Shown: piece by piece, positions 16,244-19,855 of the stretch
Numbering within the stretch: position 1 is the first letter of the stretch
How the letters are laid out: each line of letters starts with the position of its first letter
Origin: a virus
Reading direction: 5' to 3' (one strand)
DNA: 19,855 nucleotides
IMG/VR virus record: IMGVR_UViG_3300028835_000475
The notes under the pieces: generated by a model
Told to the model about the DNA's origin: nothing
The model's database searches: none
Seen by the model: only the letters and a program-made list of their open reading frames with translations
Position numbers and translations under genes: made by a program

Positions 16244-16766
16244 TCTTAATCCACTCCTCTAATGTTAATATTTTTTCAAATTTTATACCTTTATTATATT
16301 TACAGATGGTACAACCCGATCTTAATGGTACAAATCCCAGATTATTAAGTAAATATGTTTGACAATCCTTCCGAGTCATTTTCATTCTAATAAGAGGATA
16401 TTCATGCTTTATCCATTTAATAGAATTCTCTCTAACTCTATTCTTTTCTTCATAAGTAAAACCCAGATACTTAATCGCTTTCTCTACTCCAATACTTCTA
16501 AGATATCTCCTTATTGGTTCGACCTTATATTTTTTAGTACATATTGGAGGGTGATGATTAATATCTCCTGGCATATTGGTTTTAATATGAACAAACTTTT
16601 CAGAAAATAACTTTTTTACAACTTCTATCCATTCATACGTTAAAGGATGCTCCCATCCCGTATCTGCAAATATAATACTATCATAATCGTTAATAATAAA
16701 GGGTAATACTGATGAGCATTGACCCGCACCAAACGCTATGAATTTATACTCTTTAAGGCTAATCAA
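16236..16766 (-). CDS. PAPS-reductase-like / PP-loop superfamily enzyme (176 aa, TTG start)
   Basis: The ordered motifs fit the PAPS_reduct family: IAFGAGQCSSVL, IIFADTGWEHPLTYEW, CTKKYKVEPIRRYL, GFTYEEKNRVRE, YPLIRMKMTRKDCQTYL and RSGCTICKY. Confidence 0.65.
   Translation of the reverse strand: MISLKEYKFIAFGAGQCSSVLPFIINDYDSIIFADTGWEHPLTYEWIEVVKKLFSEKFVHIKTNMPGDINHHPPICTKKYKVEPIRRYLRSIGVEKAIKYLGFTYEEKNRVRENSIKWIKHEYPLIRMKMTRKDCQTYLLNNLGFVPLRSGCTICKYNKGIKFEKILTLEEWIKND
16744..16765 (-). repeat. Upstream copy of the 22-bp direct repeat TGATTAGYCTTAAAGAGTWTAA
   Basis: See 16221-16242. Together the two copies bracket the PAPS-reductase-like gene. Confidence 0.7.
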
Positions 16767-16975
16767 ATCCGGGACTCCTCTTCTATAATCTTATTTCCTA
16801 GTGTTTTGTACCAATCTTTTTTAGGATGTAATTTATTTTTACATATAGGACATTCATACCACAAATCCCCTATTTCATCGTATTCTTTAATTAGATTCTG
16901 AGTGACTAAATAGCTTTGACAGATATCGCAATAAATTACAATATAACCCTCTGAATATCGTTTTCTTTCTTTCAT
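16763..16975 (-). CDS. Zn-ribbon protein (70 aa)
   Basis: CDIC ... CPIC. Overlapping junctions on both sides. Confidence 0.6.
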   Translation of the reverse strand: MKERKRYSEGYIVIYCDICQSYLVTQNLIKEYDEIGDLWYECPICKNKLHPKKDWYKTLGNKIIEEESRI

Positions 16976-17115
16976 TCTTCCTTCTCTCTCTCCATTTCTA
17001 ATCTATGAATCTGATTTATTATTTTCCCTCCCTCTCCTCCCAAATTATAACGTCTATTTTCAGGAATCCTATTAAGTTTTTTCCGCAATTTTGCTATCTC
17101 TGTTATATAATCCAT
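16972..17115 (-). CDS. Hypothetical 47-aa microprotein (not in the track)
   Basis: Hand translation: MDYITEIAKLRKKLNRIPENRRYNLGGEGGKIINQIHRLEMEREKEE. TAATG overlap upstream and ATGA overlap downstream. Confidence 0.45.
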   Translation of the reverse strand: MDYITEIAKLRKKLNRIPENRRYNLGGEGGKIINQIHRLEMEREKEE

Positions 17116-17309
17116 TATTTTCCCTCCCAGAGCAATTTTAGTACAATATCAGTTTGTTTTAGTTTGAACATGAATATACTAATTTTCACTCCCCTTCTTA
17201 ATACCAGGTACTTTTTTAACTTTTCAGGATCGTAATTATTAGTAAATTCATAATTATGAACTCTAGAGTTTGTTATTCCATTACCTCTAGTAGTTTTTTT
17301 AAAAGTCAT
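17115..17309 (-). CDS. Hypothetical 64-aa protein
   Basis: Track ORF with TAATG overlaps at both ends. Confidence 0.5.
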   Translation of the reverse strand: MTFKKTTRGNGITNSRVHNYEFTNNYDPEKLKKYLVLRRGVKISIFMFKLKQTDIVLKLLWEGK

Positions 17310-17479
17310 TATTCCCCCTCCTTACTTTCAAAATCATTACAAATAATTAATTCAGGATTTCCATAGATCCTAATAGCGTTAATATCACACATAAAATATA
17401 CGAGGTATCCGCATATAGTATTAGATTCTATCTTATCAAGATTCCTACAACCTAAACAATTCGGTGTAATTTTTACCAT
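17309..17479 (-). CDS. Cys-rich 56-aa microprotein (not in the track)
   Basis: Hand translation: MVKITPNCLGCRNLDKIESNTICGYLVYFMCDINAIRIYGNPELIICNDFESKEGE. Contains CLGC plus further Cys residues. Confidence 0.45.
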   Translation of the reverse strand: MVKITPNCLGCRNLDKIESNTICGYLVYFMCDINAIRIYGNPELIICNDFESKEGE

Positions 17480-17482
17480 TTC

Positions 17483-17629
17483 TCACGCCTCCAAAATTGG
17501 TGGATTACAATCATCACAGACTAAATCATTTGTAGAAAAAACATAGGTTTCTAAATCAACCTCAGCCCAAGTCTTTTTACCACATTTGGAGCAGTTAAAC
17601 CAAATTCTTTGCCAGTTTTTATCAGCCAT
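17483..17629 (-). CDS. Zn-ribbon microprotein (48 aa, not in the track)
   Basis: Hand translation: MADKNWQRIWFNCSKCGKKTWAEVDLETYVFSTNDLVCDDCNPPILEA. SD GGAGTGATAAAAA before the ATG. Confidence 0.55.
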   Translation of the reverse strand: MADKNWQRIWFNCSKCGKKTWAEVDLETYVFSTNDLVCDDCNPPILEA

Positions 17630-17642
17630 TTTTTATCACTCC

Positions 17643-17789
17643 TTATCTTGCTCTTAGAACTTGAATTAATACATTATATTTTATAAATTGATTATGGGCA
17701 TCTTCTGGATAACCAGTACGTTTATATCTCATAGCATTATTACCATAAAATCTTAAATCTTTTAACAGATTTTTTTTAATTCGATCCAT
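17643..17789 (-). CDS. Hypothetical 48-aa microprotein (not in the track)
   Basis: Hand translation: MDRIKKNLLKDLRFYGNNAMRYKRTGYPEDAHNQFIKYNVLIQVLRAR. Has the same SD and spacer (GAGTGATAAAAAATGG) as the next gene. Confidence 0.45.
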   Translation of the reverse strand: MDRIKKNLLKDLRFYGNNAMRYKRTGYPEDAHNQFIKYNVLIQVLRAR

Positions 17790-17834
17790 TTTTTATCACT
17801 CTTTTTTATTATTTATTCCTTAATATTAATAATG

Positions 17835-17859
17835 ATGTCGGACATTTATAGTCTGACAT
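17835..17859. promoter_or_regulatory. Imperfect inverted repeat in the 107-bp gap inside the minus operon
   Basis: atgtcggac (17835-17843) and gtctgacat (17851-17859) pair at 8 of 9 positions with a 7-nt loop atttata. No T-run follows on either strand. Confidence 0.35.
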
Positions 17860-17896
17860 TAAATCACTTGTTCGTTCTCACCACACGTAATAAGGA

Positions 17897-18223
17897 TCAA
17901 AAAATATCTAAATCTTTCATCTTACTATATTCCCGGATACTAATACCCTTAGGTTCATATTCCTTTTGATATTCAGTTAATTGATTAACAGACAATTTTC
18001 CCGCTAAGGTCCATTCTTCAGAATCCTTTTTGAGGGGGTTTTCTTGAAATTCAAGATCCATATTATCTGTATCAATCTTAAGTTTTAATTCTTTTTTAAT
18101 AAGATCTAATCCCCATCTAACAACCTGACTGAAATTCTTATAATCAGTTTGATTAATTGCTTTTTGGACTATAAACTCATAAGGAACACTTAATCTAACA
18201 CTATAACGTCTCATTTCTGGCAT
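17897..18223 (-). CDS. Ribbon-helix-helix regulator (108 aa from MPEMRRYS)
   Basis: YSVRLSVPYEFIVQKAINQTDYKNFSQVVRWGLDLIKKEL fits the RHH pattern. The ATG at 18223 follows the upstream gene's stop (18228) without overlap. Confidence 0.6.
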   Translation of the reverse strand: MPEMRRYSVRLSVPYEFIVQKAINQTDYKNFSQVVRWGLDLIKKELKLKIDTDNMDLEFQENPLKKDSEEWTLAGKLSVNQLTEYQKEYEPKGISIREYSKMKDLDIF

Positions 18224-18227
18224 AATT

Positions 18228-18398
18228 TCACACTCCAAGTTCTTTTTTTAGTAATCTCAATAGTTCTACAGCATTCATTAGATCAGATATTTTGGTTTTC
18301 CATTTAACAATTAGGATATCTATTTGTTCGATTTTATCTAATCTAATCCACTCTTTGGTGAGTGGACATTTTAAACTATAAATAAATTCTATAGACAT
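18228..18398 (-). CDS. First gene of the early operon, hypothetical 56-aa protein (not in the track)
   Basis: Hand translation: MSIEFIYSLKCPLTKEWIRLDKIEQIDILIVKWKTKISDLMNAVELLRLLKKELGV. Confidence 0.45.
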   Translation of the reverse strand: MSIEFIYSLKCPLTKEWIRLDKIEQIDILIVKWKTKISDLMNAVELLRLLKKELGV

Positions 18399-18415
18399 AT
18401 TTCATCAATCCTTGT

Positions 18416-18435
18416 ATGACAATATGACGCATGAC
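18416..18435. promoter_or_regulatory. Three closely spaced ATGAC (minus strand GTCAT) repeats between an AT-rich TATA-like element and the early-operon start
   Basis: ATGAC at 18416-18420, 18424-18428 and 18431-18435. ATATTATAA (minus strand) lies just upstream at about 18438-18446. Confidence 0.4.
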
Positions 18436-18525
18436 TTATAATATTTTCTACCTTAAAATATTCTTTATATAATAAATTAGTTCGTACTGATAAAACAACA
18501 AATGAAATAATAATAATTATTATAT

Positions 18526-18592
18526 ACTAGACCTTCATCCACTGTTGTAAGGGGCTAACAATAAGACTAGACCTAGAAGGGGCTAATTTTTT
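18526..18592. repeat. Non-coding block with a duplicated bipartite motif ACTAGACCT ... AAGGGGCTAA, ending in T6
   Basis: ACTAGACCT at 18526-18534 and 18566-18574. AAGGGGCTAA at 18549-18558 and 18577-18586. T6 at 18587-18592. Locally GC-richer than the flanks. Confidence 0.6.
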
Positions 18593-18669
18593 CACGCTGA
18601 GGAAAATCAAAAGTCAGACCGCACACGAAATGATGCAGTCAATATTCCTATATTAATCTACACCGTATA

Positions 18670-18677
18670 TTTAAATA
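18670..18677 (+). promoter_or_regulatory. TATA box TTTAAATA for a leaderless transcript starting at about 18701
   Basis: Matches the archaeal TTTAWATA consensus, lies 23 nt before the ATG at 18701, and there is no SD. Confidence 0.45.
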
Positions 18678-18700
18678 CTCTATCATATATACTATATATA

Positions 18701-18871
18701 ATGATGTCTGAAAATATGGCCTATGAATTTATAGATGCTAAAGAGAAATTCCGCTTATTAGGATATGAGCTGGTAGGCACTAAAGACATTAATGAAGAGA
18801 TTATTTATATGGTAAAGAATTCATCTATTCAGTGCAAAAAAATTGCACTGGACAACAATATAAAAATATAA
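18701..18871 (+). CDS. Hypothetical 56-aa protein (not in the track)
   Basis: Hand translation: MMSENMAYEFIDAKEKFRLLGYELVGTKDINEEIIYMVKNSSIQCKKIALDNNIKI. Appropriately spaced TATA box upstream. Confidence 0.4.
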   Translation: MMSENMAYEFIDAKEKFRLLGYELVGTKDINEEIIYMVKNSSIQCKKIALDNNIKI

Positions 18872-18905
18872 TTCCTGGTAAAAGAAAAAAATATCAATGA
18901 TTGAA

Positions 18906-19091
18906 TTAAAAATCTTGATTAAGTGTCCCACAATCTGGGCAAAACCAACCCAACGTAACCCATCGACTTGAATATCTTGGTTTCCCATCAGACCCCCTCT
19001 TAATTAATGGTTCCCGATAATATGCTCTACGCATAAACGTAGGAATATATTTCGAACTACAATTGTGACATTCCTGTTTTCTAATTGACAT
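18906..19091 (-). CDS. Zn-ribbon protein (61 aa from MSIRKQECHNC)
   Basis: CHNC ... CPDC. The track's N-terminal extension to 19157 covers promoter and operator sequence and is hydrophobic and low-complexity. Confidence 0.55.
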   Translation of the reverse strand: MSIRKQECHNCSSKYIPTFMRRAYYREPLIKRGSDGKPRYSSRWVTLGWFCPDCGTLNQDF

Positions 19092-19116
19092 AATTATAAT
19101 ATTGAAATTTAGACAA

Positions 19117-19124
19117 ATATTTAA
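19117..19124 (-). promoter_or_regulatory. TATA-like box TTAAATAT (minus strand), 25 nt before the ATG at 19091
   Basis: The plus strand reads atatttaa. No SD before the ATG. Confidence 0.4.
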
Positions 19125-19126
19125 GG

Positions 19127-19157
19127 TTATCGTATACAATAGGATTATCGTATACAA
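19127..19157. promoter_or_regulatory. Two 13-bp direct repeats TTATCGTATACAA (18-bp period), each with the palindrome GTATAC
   Basis: Copies at 19127-19139 and 19145-19157. On the minus strand they lie immediately upstream of the TATA-like box at 19117-19124. Confidence 0.6.
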
Positions 19158-19210
19158 ATCAATAGGAAAAATAACTAGAATTTCAAATTTATAGTGATAA
19201 TTATTAACAA

Positions 19211-19306
19211 ATTACTAATTACTAATCTATTTTAGATCTTAAAAGTTATACTACTATATTTTGGTTCGCAAAAGTTGTAATAGAATTTGGATCGGAAAAT
19301 TACTAA
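19211..19306. repeat. AT-rich intergenic segment with short iterated motifs
   Basis: ATTACTA in tandem at 19211-19224 and ATTACTAA again at 19299-19306. TTGGWTCGSAAAA at 19261-19273 and 19288-19300. Confidence 0.45.
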
Positions 19307-19320
19307 ATTATCATACCCTT

Positions 19321-19368
19321 AATACTCGGAATAGTATTATTCAATAATCATACTTATAAGAGTATGAT
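19321..19368. promoter_or_regulatory. Two palindromic operators with core ATACT-N6-AGTAT upstream of the late-operon TATA-like box
   Basis: aatact cggaat agtatt at 19321-19338. atcatact tataag agtatgat at 19347-19368, with perfect 8-bp arms. Confidence 0.55.
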
Positions 19369-19372
19369 CCAT

Positions 19373-19380
19373 ATTATAAT
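19373..19380 (+). promoter_or_regulatory. TATA-like box ATTATAAT, 24 nt before the terminase ATG
   Basis: No SD before the ATG at 19405. The same ATATTATAA string occurs upstream of the early operon. Confidence 0.4.
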
Positions 19381-19404
19381 CATAAGAAATTAATATTGTC
19401 TAAT

Positions 19405-19855
19405 ATGGCTAGAAAATCTTTTACACCCCTCATAAAGACCACACTAGAAACATTTCCAAACCTTAAGGACAATTACAAGAAATTAGCTGAAAAGGTTGGA
19501 TGTTGTGTTAAAACAATAAAAAGATATTTTAAGAGTTTAGAATTAAAAGTCCAATTGGACAATCAAGGTAATCTTTTTAGCCAGGAGGGAGGTTCAGTCT
19601 CTCCTTCCTCCATTACTAATCAAGACATTTCTAATATTATAGAACTTCCCGATCAGCAAGCTCTTCTATTAGATAAGTCAATTTCCCCTAAATTATTAAA
19701 TATGGTTGGGCTAATAGAAACTAATCTTAATCGGATACTACAACAAGGCACTAATGATGCTAGGATACTTAATACCGCAATCTCATTCTCAGATAAAACA
19801 AGTAAATTTATAGTAAAAGAGGAATCAGAAAATAAGGGTTTTGTAGATTATCTAA
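19405..19855 (+). CDS. terL: Terminase large subunit, N-terminal portion with HTH domain (continues at base 1 through the terminal repeat)
   Basis: ATG at 19405, open to the contig end, and in frame with 3..1304 through the 144-bp overlap, giving 536 aa in total. HTH-like NYKKLAEKVGCCVKTIKRYFKSL. Confidence 0.8.
   Translation, partial: MARKSFTPLIKTTLETFPNLKDNYKKLAEKVGCCVKTIKRYFKSLELKVQLDNQGNLFSQEGGSVSPSSITNQDISNIIELPDQQALLLDKSISPKLLNMVGLIETNLNRILQQGTNDARILNTAISFSDKTSKFIVKEESENKGFVDYL
19712..19855. repeat. Right copy of the exact 144-bp terminal direct repeat
   Basis: Identical to 1-144 when read base by base. Confidence 0.95.

Noticed and set aside
16359-16901. Plus-strand ORFs 16359..16610 and 16719..16901
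   Set aside because: Antisense to the PAPS-reductase-like and Zn-ribbon genes, both of which have recognisable motifs.
17005-17235. 76-aa plus-strand ORF
   Set aside because: Antisense to two coupled minus-strand genes. Low-complexity product.
17833-17970. 45-aa plus-strand ORF starting ATGATGTCGGAC
   Set aside because: Mostly antisense to the RHH gene. The shared ataatgatgtc 11-mer with the 18701 gene start is short enough to be chance in AT-rich DNA.
18526-18650. Possible tRNA gene or tRNA-derived attP in the GC-richer non-coding block
   Set aside because: I could not fold a cloverleaf or find a GTTCRA T-loop. No integrase is encoded, so an attachment site is unsupported.
19092-19157. 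N-terminal extension of the Zn-ribbon gene (MYTIILLYTITLNICLNFNIII)
   Set aside because: It covers the TATA-like box and both operator repeats and is hydrophobic and low-complexity. The Met at 19091 is correctly spaced from the TATA-like box.
19261-19302. tggttcgca / tggatcgga as tRNA T-arm remnants
   Set aside because: Only a partial resemblance to GGTTCGAATCC, with no acceptor or anticodon arms. Better treated as short iterated motifs.
1-19855. CRISPR array, rRNA, transposase/IS element or integrase anywhere in the window
   Set aside because: I saw no regularly spaced repeat-spacer structure and no long inverted terminal repeats. No ORF shows DDE, tyrosine or serine recombinase motifs. 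The only long repeat is the terminal overlap.

Overview
The window is a self-overlapping contig holding one complete small viral genome. Bases 1-144 recur exactly at 19712-19855, so the unit length is 19,711 bp and the molecule is circular, circularly permuted or terminally redundant. It is AT-rich and organised like a head-tailed dsDNA virus (Caudoviricetes-like). The plus-strand late module runs from 19405, across the junction, to 12006. It encodes a large terminase with a fused N-terminal HTH domain, a KTSC-domain protein, portal, scaffold, two tandem paralogous decoration-like proteins and an HK97-type capsid protein followed by a hairpin/T9 terminator. Tail proteins follow, including a glycine-zipper protein and a 919-aa fibre with a duplicated lectin-like domain, then two small membrane proteins. 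The convergent minus-strand early module (18398 to 12023) packs about 24 mostly tiny genes joined by overlapping stop/start codons. I translated eleven of them by hand because they fall below the 60-aa cutoff of the ORF track. This module encodes at least seven Zn-ribbon microproteins, three ribbon-helix-helix regulators, an HTH/endonuclease-VII-like/RHH fusion and a small PAPS-reductase-like enzyme. A roughly 1-kb control region (18399-19404) holds two more small genes, TATA-like boxes, operator-like repeats and palindromes, and a GC-richer repeat block. I saw no polymerase, primase, helicase, integrase, lysin, tRNA or CRISPR array. Three features point to an archaeal host and a poorly described virus lineage. 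First genes of transcription units lack an SD and have a TATA-like octamer 23-25 nt upstream, internal genes use GGTGAT Shine-Dalgarno sites, and the proteome is rich in Zn-ribbon and RHH proteins. That host call is inference only, and all family assignments come from motif recognition by eye, not searches.
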